The notes under the pieces were generated by a model. It saw only the letters and a list, made by a program, of their open reading frames with translations. It did no database searches and was not told the DNA's origin. The translations under genes were made by a program, and so were the position numbers. A stretch of DNA of 64,000 nucleotides from Mytilus californianus (lineage: Eukaryota), in the NCBI RefSeq assembly GCF_021869535.1, contig NW_026262701.1:31806001-31870000 (forward strand), given 5' to 3'. Shown in pieces: positions 13,201-26,700 of the stretch (its first letter is position 1; each line of letters begins with the position of its first letter).

Positions 13201-16200
13201 ACCAGTTTATTACGCATGTGTATACAGGTTGAGCATGTACTATACCCAAATGCGCACTATACACCCCAAAAGACGGTATATGTTATATCAGCATGTTCTA
13301 TTTTTTTCTATTTTTATGTGTTTTGTATTTGGTATAAAACATTGAAATTTTGGATAAGGACAAATGAAATTTAAAAAGAAACATATTTCACTCTGGATAC
13401 TCTATTGAACATAAAAAAGCTTCTGTCTAAGCTTCATAAATTCCATGAAGGTTTGACAAACTTATTGACATTCTTTTCTTCATGTAAACTGCGAAAAAAA
13501 AACTGAATCCATTTAGAAATCAGTAAAATACGGCAAACGAAATTGTAAAAATATCCATGATCGTTAGAATTTATTAATATATTGATTCTTGTTTATAAAT
13601 TAGAGGCGATCCCATCAGCAGTATTTGTAATTTTCTTATTTCAAATACATAATGAAATTTTACACATTTGTATATGAAACTTTTCTTTTTTACAGACAAT
13701 AAAGACAAAAAATACTTTATCTGTTGGTGTTTCTACTGGAATAATAAAAGAAAAACAAATGCAATTCACGATTGGCTTGTTTTTGTCAATGTTACAGATA
13801 CGAGAAAACTATTTTTATTATAAAGAAATCCCCCAAAAAATTAACGCAAGAACATGTACACTCAAGGAAATCATTTAAAAGTTGAAAATTTGGAAATTAC
13901 TGTATTTGCCAAATACTATTGCAGGAAAAGAAATAAACCAGACATTATGTATAAAAAAATTCTGAGTATTATTTCAATTGAAAAGCTGAAGAATTGTAAC
14001 ACTAAAGAATTTATTGCCAAATCTCAAAATCACATGTCACCACTGTTGCCCAATTCTTTAGCGTGTTTTATTTTTACTGACAGGACGGGCCAAAGGAGTC
14101 ACATAATTACACAATTGTCGGTGATATGAAATTCGTAACTTAATGTTAGCATGTTTTAATCAATCTTATCAACACCATAATTCCATAAATTCACAATTAC
14201 AAACAAAATATATTGAAAAGAACATTTTTTTATGGTTGCAATTTTGATTGAATTGATAAGTATACTTTCCTTTTAATTTACTTTTACAAATTGTGACTTG
14301 GATGGAGACTTGTCTCATTGGCACTCATACCACATCTTCTTATATCTATTTACATATATAACATTCTGTGCGTATTGCCTGACAATACATAGTCCCCTAC
14401 CGGTTAAAAATTCATTGTACTGGAACAAAATGCTAACTTGATCTATAACTTGTCATGGTGTAAACTATATAACAAATATCAAGTCAAAATCTTCAAGCAT
14501 GACGAAAAAAAATGTGGAAAATTGATTATTTGAGTGAATTTTCTAAGTCCAAGGACCATAACTCTGCACAAAATCATTAGACCAGACCAAAATTCAAACT
14601 TGATCTGTAACTTGTCATGATAAAACTATACATATATTCTGAAGTCTTCATGATAAATGAAAACATTTTGGTTGACATCTTTATATATAAACTGACATTA
14701 TGTATGAACTGACTGACATATAATAAATATTTCTCTGGAATTAGAGACTCCTTTAAATATTTTAATTCCCTGCTAGTGAAAAACTATAAATTTAAAATAG
14801 CGAGCATAAAACTTGAGAACCGCAACATATAAAAATTTTTCTGTGCATGTTGATTGATGGATATTTTATTTTGATCGGTACCAAAGTCAATGAAACTCTT
14901 GTGTATTTGAAGTACTACAAGTAGGGGGAAATATCAACACACAACAATGTTTAAATTTTAGACCGGCGTTACCAGTTATATATGAGGGTTTGAATGGGGG
15001 TTTAACTCTAGAAATATTTATTTTTAATTCTTTTTGCCCTTAATTTGATTTTCCTTTATTTTATATTTTAGCACCAATTTATATATCTATTCTTTAAAAT
15101 TAATTTCAGGGCATTTTTCTGTTATCTATAAACCTCATATACTAGGAAATTATTCTCACACAAAATTAAATAATTTACCTGATTCAATGGTCAAGTGATT
15201 CGATCGGGGAAGAATCGTGAGTTGGATCATCATCTATTTTACTGATTTTGTTTGCAATGGGGTATGATTAAAATTAAATAAATTTGTCAGCTTCAATTGT
15301 GTCAATTTTTTTTTTACTCCAACATAATTTAGATTACAGAAAACTACCGCAAAGGGAATTAACTATGGGAGGGAAATGTTTGCATAAGTCAATAAATCAA
15401 TGAATCAATAACCACAACCAGACGGTACAAGTCGGTATATTAGCGTTTAGTAGCGAGTCTGCTGCATTAAGTGGAAATCGTTTACAAGATTTAAAAGGTT
15501 TTTTTTTTTTTTTTATTTTTTTTTTTTTTTACCGAGGCGCCTCAACGTAAGCTACACCAATGCCTTCAAACCTCTTTTTAATCATACAAATACAAATGTA
15601 TACCATACTTAAATTGTTGAATTCTGACACATAACAACATTCTATCATACCCTTACCATGCTTATGTTTAAGATAAATGTATTTTCAAACATCAGAAAAG
15701 TATAAACCATTGTTATCCTTTGCCAAAACACTATATGAATTCACATCCTTCATTTTCCTAGTTATTTATGGACAAAAATGATAGATAAATTTAGATATAA
15801 ATAAGAAGATGTGGTATGAGTGCCAATGAGACAACTCTCCATCCAAGTCACAATGTATAAAAGTAAACAATTATAGGTCAAAGTATGGCCTTCAACACGG
15901 AGCTTTAGCTCACACCAAACAGCAAGCTATAAAGGGCCCCAAAATGACTAGTGTAAAACATTTCAAACAGGAAAACTAACAGTCTAATCTATATAAAAAA
16001 AGAGAAACACTTATGAACTACACCAACAAATGACAACCACTGAACAACAAGCTCCTGACTTAGGACAGGTGCATACAAATGCAGGGGGTTTAAACGTTTT
16101 AACAGTCGCCAATGTACATTTTTAAATATTTTTCTTAATACTTTTCTTTTTAACAAAATATTCAATTCCTTTATTACATGTATACTAACCCCAAGGCCCA

Positions 16201-19200
16201 GCAACTCTAAGAACTGCAAGTGGATTAAACGGAGAAATGACAGCACCAATAACTCTTATCCATGTAGGAATCCGATTTGCAGAGTCTGGTGGTTTATCTG
16301 GGAATCCCCATGGATCTGCCAGCACTAAATGTTTCACTCTTTCTGGATATTTCAGGGCATAAGAAGAAGACACATAAGCTCCAAGGCTATGTCCAAGCAA
16401 CACAAATTTATCAAGTTTCATTTGTTTTCTCCATTCTTCTAATGATTCTACAAATTCATCTTCCGCCTGCTCTGGTGTGTAACTAAATGTTGGTCTAGAA
16501 CTCCGACCGAACCCAAGTAAATCAAATGCATATAAAGGTCTATTGTTGGCAAGTTCATCTATATTACGGGACCATAAGCCGATCCCTCCCCCCATGCCAT
16601 GGACCATGACCAATGGCATATTTTTATGGTCCTTATTTACTGTCATAGTCCATAATCTATGTTGTTTTGAAGGAAGATATACATACTTTGTATCAAATGC
16701 CAATTTTATGAATTCTGAAATATAAAAAATCGGATAGAATAAACAAAAAATATAGAAATTTCAGAAATTATTGTGTAATTCAAGTAGAAAAATCTACATA
16801 AAATGTGTAATGAGCATTACGACAAACAATATAATATTTTTCATACTTATGAAAATGATGAAGGTATAGACTGAAAATACATTCTGTAAAAGAACATGTT
16901 ATTAAAACATAGGGGGAAAGTTTTACAGGAGTTGAACATTGTTGAGTAACTGAAGGCAACTTATTTAGATATGCATATCAGATGTTGAATATTCATGAGC
17001 TATATTACATATACTGTACGTATTGATTATTGATATACTGTTTAGTTAAAATGATTGACTGATGGATACTAATTTAAATTATATAAACGTCCAGTTGCAA
17101 ATTTTACACACATGTTCAGGACAGTAATGGCATGAGTATTTTATATGAACTTATTATGAATATGACCAGTTTTGTTCTAGACAGGCATCCTGTGTTTGAT
17201 TTTTAAAGTGCTAACTCACAAGGTAACAGTCAGCACCAATACAAAAAGACATGTTACCTAAAATATACCGGTAATTTTTACTCCAAGCTGACCAGTCTTT
17301 GCTTTTACTTCCAAATGCAGCATAGTTTGCCATGTTTGCAGAGAAACAGCAAATTCAAATTTGAAAGTCTTCTGTTTGATCTGGCCAGTGGCCAAGGTTA
17401 GAAATACATAGGATCCAGTAGTCAAGACATGTAGACTACCACGAGCTTATTCTGTTTGTACCTGTTATCTTATCAACTGTTTTTCTTTTGCATATTCAGA
17501 CTTCACTTATCTCAAATTACACAACCAAATCTCTCAACTTTAATTAAAATGCAACTCATAAGCTTTGATAAGCATCTGTTAATACTAAAAACATTGATGA
17601 TGACCATCAAACCATATGTACAATAACATGAATAATATACATGTTGTATATACATGATATAAGATATATACAAGATTATACATAAGTGGCAGGAAATTAT
17701 GACAATGGTTATCCCTAATACATATGTTTTATAGCCTTCAGAGAGAGTTTTGATTTTATTTGAGATATTTCAGTAGTCTATATGAGCTGCGCCGGATAAA
17801 TATGAAAATATGCAAGTGCACGTCTACATGTACATGTATATGACTTTGATTGAATTTGGAACATTCAAATACGAAATAAAAGATGAATCTTGGTCTGTTT
17901 TGTAGGGTTCTTATATCTAGTAAATTTTCAGTCAGACTGTGCATAGAGATTTTTTCAACTCAAAATAAGTTAATATTCATTTGCATAAGGTCGATTTCTA
18001 TCCGACACAGCTCATACAAGATACATTAATTACAAGTCTAGACTCAATTTCGGGAATGTCTTAACATATTTATATAGCATACATTGGCACATAGAGGCAA
18101 CTGCCCATAATTATTGTGAGTAGAGAAACCACCATTTTTGGTTGACTTGTTATACCAGTACATACTCTCTCAGATAAATTTACAGTAAATCATTTATTCA
18201 TACATGTGTGAATGTATGCAAGTTAAGCTGTTAGTTTTCTTGTTTGAATTGGCTTACATTTGTCATTTAAGGGCCTTTATAAAGCTTGCTATGCTGTATG
18301 GGTTTTACTTGTTGTTGATGGCTGACGGTGATATATATCATGTATATCATGTATATATATCATGTATATAGTTACCAACTTCTATGTCATTTAGTCTCTG
18401 GCATAGAGTTGTCTTATTAACAATCATGTTCGGTGTGAGCCAAGGCTCCGGGTTGAAGACCGTACTTTGACCTATAATGGTTTACTTTTATAAATTTTGA
18501 CTTGGATGGAGAGTTGTCTCATTGGCACTCATACCACATCTTCTTATATCTATATACCATCTCCTTATTTTTATACTAGTCTAGTATAATTATACATTTA
18601 ATTTGTCTTGTTCTTTTATATTGTACATACTGTTGAGGAGTTTAGTTTCTGCTTGTGCTAAATGCATCATTGAGGACGGAACCCAAGTAATCCAAGTACT
18701 TGGTGATATCCAGCTAAATCTGAAATGATAAATGAAATATTCATTAATAATGCTTTTCTACTGAAAACTAGAATGGTTGTGTATAAGTTTTATATCATTT
18801 GGTTGAGACAAACTAAAAAATTCAGCAATTTTTATGTTTATAAAGGGACATAACTCAAGAATGGCAAAAGTGTCGACACCAAATTTCGTACTTAATATGT
18901 AGTAATAAGCATTGTGTATAAGTTTCATAACATTTGGTTGAGGCAAACTTAAGTTAGAGAATGGAAACTAAAAATTTTACAATTTTTCCATTTATAAAGG
19001 GGCATAACTCTAGACAGTTAAAGTGACGCCACCAAAATTCAAACTTGATCTGTGTTTTGTGGTAATAAGCATTATGTATAAATTTCATAACATTTGGTTG
19101 AGGCAAACGGACGGACGAACAAGGGTAAAACTTAATGCTCCCTCCGCTACGGCAGAGTCATAAAAATTATCTTAATCATTTATGTATATATATATATATA

Positions 19201-19230
19201 CTTTAATTTAGACTTGTTTATATATATATC

Positions 19231-19261
<31 letters not shown>

Positions 19262-22200
19262 CGTTTTGTTAAAATATACTTTTTCACTTTTTTTGGTCTT
19301 TTGGAAAATGTTGTTTGTGCTGTATTTAGACCCCTCTACCAAGATATTTGTTTTACATGCACAAGTATAAAAATTGCGTTTTTTATCCAACGCAATCATA
19401 GGTTTGAACATTGTTTTCAATTTAGACATATATATATGCGCAATGCAAGGCATTGTTGTCTTAGCAGTGAGAAATGAAGTACAGGTTCCAGCCCCGTTCG
19501 GGGAGGAAGTAAAGAATCAGATCTACTCTAACATTGTTAGGCTGATTTTCTAGGCAGTTTATAAATATTTTAAAGCATGGTATTTCTTATTAATCATAAG
19601 AAATCCGATGGACAAGGTATAATTTGCAGTTGGCCCTACACTTAGGCAGACATACATATATATAAATTTAAAGTGATTGTATGCTTCTAAAAATAGAATA
19701 GTATCCTGTAATTATACTAAAGAGAAGAGAAGATGATTATTCCTGTACTCTTAAAAATACTTTAGTGTATTGTGTTAGTGTTAGATGACCTTGTTTAATT
19801 TCTATGAGAAGGTAACACCTCCCAAAAAGATAGCTGACTTTTATCAGCTACATGTATAGTTAGATATGTTAGAGGAGGGGATAAGGCATCTGCGCAATGC
19901 TAGGCGGTGTTGTCCTAGAAGTGAGAAGTACAGGTTCCAGCCCCGCTCGGGGAGGAAGTAAAAAATCAGATCTTAACATTGTTAGGCTGATTTTCTAGGC
20001 ACTTTATATATATATATATATATATTATACTAGTATATATAAAATTCGTCTCAAATTTGGCCCAACAATGTAAGATCTTCAAATTTGCATTAGCAATTTT
20101 TTTTTCTTCCCTCATCAGCAGGATTCCAACCCTTGTGTCTGTGACATCGTGGCAACAATGCCTGCACTGTGTCCAGGGCCCTAGACCACTCGACCACCTA
20201 TGCTTCATAAAAATATAGCTTTCAGTGGTTGATGTAATGCCTTTCCTTGTCTGCTTTATCTAGGGTTGTAACACAGTACATGATGTATAGTGGCAAGTAG
20301 ATGGTGTAACTTTCAGATCAGCTATTTTGTCTGTCGTAAAGGATGATAATGTTAATTTATACCATGCCGCCACATCAAATTTTAATTTTTATAAATATAC
20401 ATGATATATATAAAATATATATATTATAGATTTGTTTTATGTTAAATGAAGTAACAGGGTTTGCCTGTACATCATTTAATCTAGACCAGTTTACGTGTAA
20501 GTTGTAACATCCCAGCAAAATATTTTCCTCTTTTCCACACTGTTGTATAGCTCAGGCAACTGCTATTAAGAGTTTTGACTATATACATATACAGTATTTA
20601 AAACATAAAACGTATATGATATATGTTTTATGTTTTAAATTCAGTCACACATTAGAACTGCATTTTGCAAAAACACATGAAACATTGTATATATAGTTCC
20701 CTTAAAAGGATTCAACCTTTGCTGTTTAATCATAAAGTCCTGCACTTTGTCCAATGCACTAGACCACTCTGACAACTAGTTTACTGATTTTTGACATTTG
20801 TTTGCAGATTTTTCAATTTTTTGGACTAAACTCGCTCACAAGATTTGATTTTTTTTTTTTTGATGGTTTTTCTTGTCTGATTCTGATCTTCCATAAAGAT
20901 CATATTAACACCAGACAAATGGGATATATTTTCAATTACCCCCAAGGGTGACTGGGGAATAGAAGTATGGTCACCATTGGTCTTCCTCCGACCGGCAGTA
21001 AAACCCTTGCTAAAGTGGGGCATCCGTTTGGCTGTGCGGGATGTACATATTTGCAGCCATGTCCGGTCAGAATGGGGACGTTAAACTGATGCCTTGTGTA
21101 CACGTTAAGAACCCTTGCAACAACTCTTTGAGGGGTCCGTAGGTGACCTGTTGCAAGGCTAAATTTCTGTCCCTATCCAATATACCCTCATTTCCCATGC
21201 AGTCTAAATTTCTCCGACCTTAATCCCGGACGCCCCTCTTACAGAACCTACCTATTGTATTTATTGTTAATTTGTTCTCGTCCTGAATATGCATGAAATA
21301 TTTGCCACTGGATGTTAAGCAACCAACAATCAATCAATATATTTTCAATTACATAAAAATAAAGCTACATGTATTTTAGTCAGTTGACATGGTTGATGCT
21401 TTTCAGATCATATAATCTGATCAGATATTGTGCACATGCATACCATTTTCTACACAATAAATTATCTGTTCACAATTAATCAGTAATAACAAAATGAATG
21501 AGACCAATACTGGGTCTGAACTAGCTACAAATGTACATGAAATCAATTGAAGCTGCATGTATACTGAAGCATAACTGATCATTCCCTTTCATTAAATTTG
21601 AGAAATCTTAGTCAAAAAGTTTCCCTGTACAACTACAATGAGTGTTGTAAAATTTCAAACTATCGGCAAACAGGAAGTGGCAACACAGCAGATGAAAAAA
21701 TTGCTTACATGCTACAACTCAACATTACCAATCTGCAGACCAAATATAAAATGTTTAAGGCAATGACCTCTGACCAGCATCTGTTGTTTAAATTTAGAGG
21801 TAAATATGTATGTATTCCCATCCATTCAAGTCAAGAAAACTTTGACGAAAATTGTCCTTATACAATGAGTGTTGAACGATTTCAAACTATCATAAAACTG
21901 GAATTGGTTGCACGGCAGATTTAAAAAATGCTTGCTTCAACTCATCATTATCAAGCTGTACACCAAATATAAAATTATTCACTTGCATATATGCATGTGC
22001 GCCAAGAAAATTATTACGAAAATTTTCAACCAAAGGTCTTTCAGACAGTCTTGAGCAGTTACTAGTCTGCCTAGTAGAGATTTACAATAACTGTCAGACT
22101 CGGCGTCCGAGTACGAGTACGACTACAAATTATACAGGTAAGCTATAGGATAATGTGTAAGCTAATTAATTTTACTGTGTTCAAGCTTTGTGTGGTGATA

Positions 22201-23710
22201 GGACAAAACCATTTATCAAATTAATTAACTTTTTTTGACTGAAGGATAGAAAGTGCACTTTTTTATGTAAGCTCGCTTACAGATATGTTCTGAATTTAAA
22301 AAAATTAACAACAAATATTTATTGCACCAGTTACATGATAATTTTTACCGATAACATTAAAAAACAACCCCCTTTTAAGTTTAAAAAATGGTCCATTCAT
22401 AACTGATAAATTATCTAAACGGTAATTGGATAATAAATATTGTTCAGGTTTTTTTTAATTATTTTTGTTTTGTTTTGGGGCTAGTTGTTTCATCTGTGTT
22501 AAGTCTTAGAGAATAGTATGGTGCACCTTAAGTGCTATATAAATATAAATATTTTCGTTCGCCGGAGATTTAATCTGGTGCGCACCAAATAAAAAAATGG
22601 TGCGCACGACTTTCAAACTCGTGCGCAAGTTCGTATAGAGTCAGTCAAACTTTGTTTGGAAGTTATGCTCATGAGTTTTAAGTTGTGTGCACGAGTTTTA
22701 AAGTAGAACGCATGAGTTTGCTGAAATTCATAGTCAAGCTCACAAGTTTTAAAGTCGTGTGCACGATTTTCAAACTGGTGCGCACCAGATTAAATCGCCG
22801 TCAAACGAAAATATTTATATTTACATGGCACTTTAGGGGCTTTGTGGTAATGCATATGTATATTGCCCATTATTCAATTTTTGAATTTTTGAATTCAGGT
22901 TCCTCTAATGCTCATACAGTGATGGGTAGCTCCAGATCCTCATCGGGAGAAAGAGTTTGAATTATTTCATCAGCCGTACACTACATACACCAGAGAACCA
23001 GAAAGCCTGAACACAAAAAAAGAGAACATGTAGGAGGCACAACGGACTCACTGCAAAATACCGAGTATCTGTTGAAGATGTTATTGGCAAATTGAAATGT
23101 TATAAAGTCATTGGAACTCGTTAGAGGCTTTCTTGTCACACATGTAAAGCCATAGTTAAAGATTGGGATAGTCATTGTTTTGGCAATCCCCTAAATCAAT
23201 GTTTCAATTAATACTATAATGATTAAAGTACAATGTTTACAATAATTTTATTATTTTGAGATCCCCCTCGTCATTTAAACTGTCTGACTCTGACTCGTAT
23301 TGGACTCCGGTCTATGTCCTACATTTATTGTAAATCTCTAATAGTAAAATGGTGACCATATGTCCTGTATGTAGATCACACACATTGCTACAACAAATGG
23401 ATATTTTTTCTGTAGTACTAAGTGCAGCTCACATGTACATGTATGTGATGATTACAATAAACTCAAAAACTAGTTCAACTTAAATACACTTATACACACA
23501 ACAAATCAATGAAAGGTGCATTTTTTTAAAGTTCAGGCTAATATAATCTTGTATCCAAGTAAAGAAATTGATCAGTACATTTTTAGGTCAGTGTGACAAA
23601 TCATAACTACATGTACCTGAAGAGTTTTTATTTTCTTCATTAGAACAAACTTACAAAAGTCCTGTGACATGATATGCAGCATCAAATAAAGATCTCAAAA
23701 ACTGTATCAT
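7283..23710 (-). CDS. ABHD4: ABHD4/ABHD5 (CGI-58)-family alpha/beta hydrolase, copy A (about 386 aa, 6 coding exons)
   Basis: Exons in transcript order: 23710-23655 (tentative; MIQFLRSLFDAAYHVTGL), 18719-18631 (FSWISPSTWITWVPSSMMHLAQAETKLLN), 16714-16190 (HGMGGG, DLLGFGRSSRP, GHSLG, DPWG), 12480-12369 (PGLVKKFRPDLQRKF..YIYHCNAQTP), 9330-9144 (SGESAFK..YGSRSWVD), 7474-7283 (GAGHHVYAD, stop). All are GT-AG and the phases match (2,1,1,2,0). Family recognised from motifs; ABHD4 versus ABHD5 orthology cannot be resolved here. Confidence 0.92.
7537..8031. mobile_element. HINE-like element with two repeats of about 167 bp; same termini as the element at 4003
   Basis: AATAAACTGTTAACACAGAGATATATCTCACC ... 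TGTGTCTCGC..AAGGCGAGACAAAAA. Confidence 0.65.
9505..9780 (+). repeat. Dispersed repeat (ATAAAATTGAGAATGGAAATGGGGAAT family)
   Basis: Further copies at about 26265-26745 and 57440-57540. Confidence 0.8.
10030..10462. mobile_element. HINE-like element with two 169-bp repeats and a (GGAC)n tract
   Basis: AAACAGGAAGTTGTTGAGTGATGAATCTG at 10078 and 10247; GACGGACTGACGG tract; TATACCCCC..GGGGGTATA terminal hairpin. Confidence 0.65.
12797..13082. mobile_element. Short HINE-like element
   Basis: AACAAGAATGTGTCC..GGATGCCCC start, GACAGACAGACGGACG tract, end GGTGGGGCATAAAA. Confidence 0.55.
15800..16105 (+). repeat. Abundant dispersed repeat (AAGAAGATGTGGTATGAGTGCCAATGAGACAACTCTCC family)
   Basis: Further copies near 10940(-), 14320(-), 18520(-), 29280(+), 38620(+), 39670(+) and 40765(+). 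It shares a CTCCTGACTTGGGACAGG-type motif with the family at 9505. Class unresolved. Confidence 0.8.
18770..19165. mobile_element. HINE-like fragment, same family as 28372-28982 in the opposite orientation
   Basis: Repeated TTTGGTTGAG(A/G)CAAAC units; end TAATGCTCCCTCCGCTACGGCAGAGTCATAAAAA matches the reverse complement of the start of 28372. Confidence 0.6.
20113..20198 (-). mobile_element. tRNA-derived SINE head (Pol III A and B boxes)
   Basis: The minus strand reads TGGTCGAGTGG (A box) ... GGTTGGAATCC (B box) with no tRNA cloverleaf. Degenerate relatives lie near 19440, 19890 and 20705. Confidence 0.55.
20940..21340 (+). mobile_element. SINE body and tail
   Basis: GC-richer body containing GTACACGTTAAGAACCC; ends CTGGATGTTAAGCAACCAACAATCAATCAAT. 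Similar tails occur reversed near 17090 and 3090. Confidence 0.5.
22531..22832. mobile_element. PIF/Harbinger (Tourist)-like MITE
   Basis: TIRs of about 29 bp (AGTGCTATATAAATATAAATATTTTCGTT versus AACGAAAATATTTATATTTACATGGCACT), TTA on both sides (22528-30, 22833-35), internal GTGCGCAC repeats. Confidence 0.7.
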
Positions 23711-26700
23711 TGTACCATATTAAACTGTTCTCTCTATTCAGTAGTGGACAAACATATTATGACCCACTGGTCACTGGGTCACAGTGACGTTAATCTGGTT
23801 CCACTTATTTACACTGACTTTGTTAAGTACTAGCAATATCGGTTAACCGGATATAAGTCACATTTGTTTTGATGAGTTATTTTTAGAAATTGTTGCATAA
23901 GGTATTCACCGGTTGATTTAAGTCTTTTGTGGAGCATTGGGGATAAAAAAAATGTCATTTGTCAAATTTGTCGAATTCATTTGTTTATCAACTACATGAC
24001 TGGATATTTGTACTTCACATTTTTAAGCCTAAAAAGTATGTTTTCACGAAAATACCTTTTAGAGCTGTCTGCTGTGACCACTTCCTGATCCATAACGACA
24101 ATAACAGTCGGAACAAAGACGGTTCCATAATTATACGGTACAAAGTTATTTTTCACCCGGATAAAAATATCCGGATATATATGTTAAATCGTGAAAGGCA
24201 GAATTTTTTTTTTTTTTGGGAAATGGCATTGGAACATAAATAAACCAATCAACAGAGATACAAAAACAAATTAAAATAAATGAAAAAAGTAAAACATAAA
24301 CAAAACTTTGACAAAAACAAAAAACGATGGAATATCCAAAAGCACAAAACAAGGCGAGAGAGAAAAAACGTAAAATGCTGGGAGTGTTTCCAAGAAGCAG
24401 CTGTTTACACGCATGATATTGGAAATTTATCGAGCTATCTCTGGGGTCTTAGGAGAAAATACTATGCATTGATAATAAATATATTATGATAATAAAGATT
24501 CATCAGTGTTTCTTTTCTGCATGATCGTGATCTGGTTATTTTAGGGAGGACCGTGTTGCTCAGTATGCAATGTTCTGTGTATAATTCTTTCAGAATCTGT
24601 TTTTTTCTTTTCGTCTTAATCTTTTGGGCATAGTCACGGATTCTTACTATATTTTAGCTAACCGTTAAAGATTTCGCATTTGATCTACGTGCAATTTCAA
24701 AGTGTTTATTTTTCAGGAGATGGTCAGTAAAACATACATATTAACATTATGTTATTGTTATTGAACAAGCATCTAAAGGAAGTCTGATTGGTCTGCAACT
24801 CAATTATATTATTTTCCGGTTTTGGCACATACTTGAATATGAACCTCATTTAATACGATCCCAAAATAGTGACTAAAAAGGAATGATCGAATATTTAAAA
24901 ATTTGTAATAAATTTCATGAGCAGGATACATTTATTTTTTGGCAGAAATTACAAAAAATGAAAAAACTGATTTAAGATCAACATTGTATACAAAATATCA
25001 TAAAATGTTCCCAGTTTAAGGAATGAGAAACACATTCTATTTCATATTTTGAAACGACGAAGTTTGCACAAAGTTGTTAATTGATCAACTATATCGTATT
25101 CACAAGGTCAATGGAGGATACTCATTACTGGGGGCTGGCAAGAGGGCATCCACCCTTTGATTGAAAAATATATCATTTTTAGCATAAAATCGTCAAATTA
25201 TTTTTCGTCTCGCTACACTGCGGTATTTCTTCAATTTTAAGGAATTACACCCCTTTGAAAAATCCTCGATCCGCCCTAAAGGTAAGAGTACTTTTCAACT
25301 GTGCAGTATATCTGAGAGAATCCATGCACACTGGCCTTAGTTGTTCATTATGCAGAGTATAGCTCAGGGAGAACAAAGATATTTTGCCTATGTCATGTGT
25401 TATAAGATATTGAATAGTAACAAATTTGAGAATTCTAGCTGAAAGTGCGTAATTGTTAGATCACGGGGGGTCTCTACACTCATATTAGAATACAGATGTC
25501 CGGCTGGGGTTACCTCGGAAAAAAACATACCCGTTAAGTATTTATTCATGCGTAAATCCTTATCCATATTTCAATAGAAGATAACTACCGATTTATATAT
25601 ATTTCCCAGTTATCGTGACATCTTCGTTAACCACATGGGATCATTCATATATTATGAGGTAAAAAGTTTTTACTGGCTTCCTAACAGAAGATGTACATTT
25701 ATGATCCATTGGCATACAATTTTCGACCCATTGTTATACTAGTATTACCTCTGTAAAATTGCACCCAATTGATATATTTGACATTCCAAAAAAGTTACCA
25801 ATACTAGCGGCTTTTAAATAATAATAGACCCCGGCCTCTTCCGCGTGTGTTAGATACAATATGGCATCAGTGAATCCATATTGTTATGAAATTGCAAGTC
25901 CGGAAAGATTCATGAAAAAAAATCCCCTTCAGAATATTCTGGCATGCAAGTTCCGCAATATTGTTGAATTAATTTGAGGTGTGGGTCACTTGAGACTTGA
26001 ATATCTCAAGAGACTTTAAATCCAATCAGTTGCGTAGTGTTGTCAAATTCATAACCTCTTTATATAGGGAAATATTGTCATGAGTGAAATTTCAAGAAGA
26101 TGGGTTAAAAACAGAAAAAGGGATTAAAGGTATAGATATTTATTTCATAGTTAGGTTTTTCTGCGTTGGATGCACATTTCTGGGTTAACTATCACCACGA
26201 ACGGTAAGATCTACAGATTGTACTGCCAAACTGAGATATGGCCGTCTCAGAATCTAAAGGACTATATAAAATTGAGAATGGAAATGGGGAATGTTTCAAA
26301 GAGATAACAACCCGACCAAAGAGCAGAAATTAGCCGAAGGCCACCAATGGGTCTTCAATACAGCGAGAACATCCCGCACCCGGAGCGCTGCTTCAGCTGG
26401 CCCCTAAACAAAAATATGTACTAGTTCAGTAATAATGGACATCATACTAAACTCCGAAATATATAAAAGAAACTAAGATTAAAAATCAAACAAGACTAAC
26501 AAAGGCCATAGGCTCCTGACTTGGGACAGGCGCAAAAAATTCGGCGGGGTTAAACATGTTTTTTTTTAGATCTCAACCCTTCCCCATACTGATACCTCTA
26601 ACCAATGTAGAAAAAACAAACACACAGCAATACGCACAGTAAAACTCAGCTTAAAAGAAGCCCGAGTCCGATGTCAGAATAGGTAACGAAAGAAACTAAA

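Noticed and set aside
20113-20198. tRNA gene
   Set aside because: A and B boxes are present but there is no cloverleaf pairing, and degenerate copies lie nearby, which fits a SINE.
22981-23175. Cys-containing ORF as a PHD-like exon
   Set aside because: Short, stop-bounded, without splice support, and the motif is incomplete.
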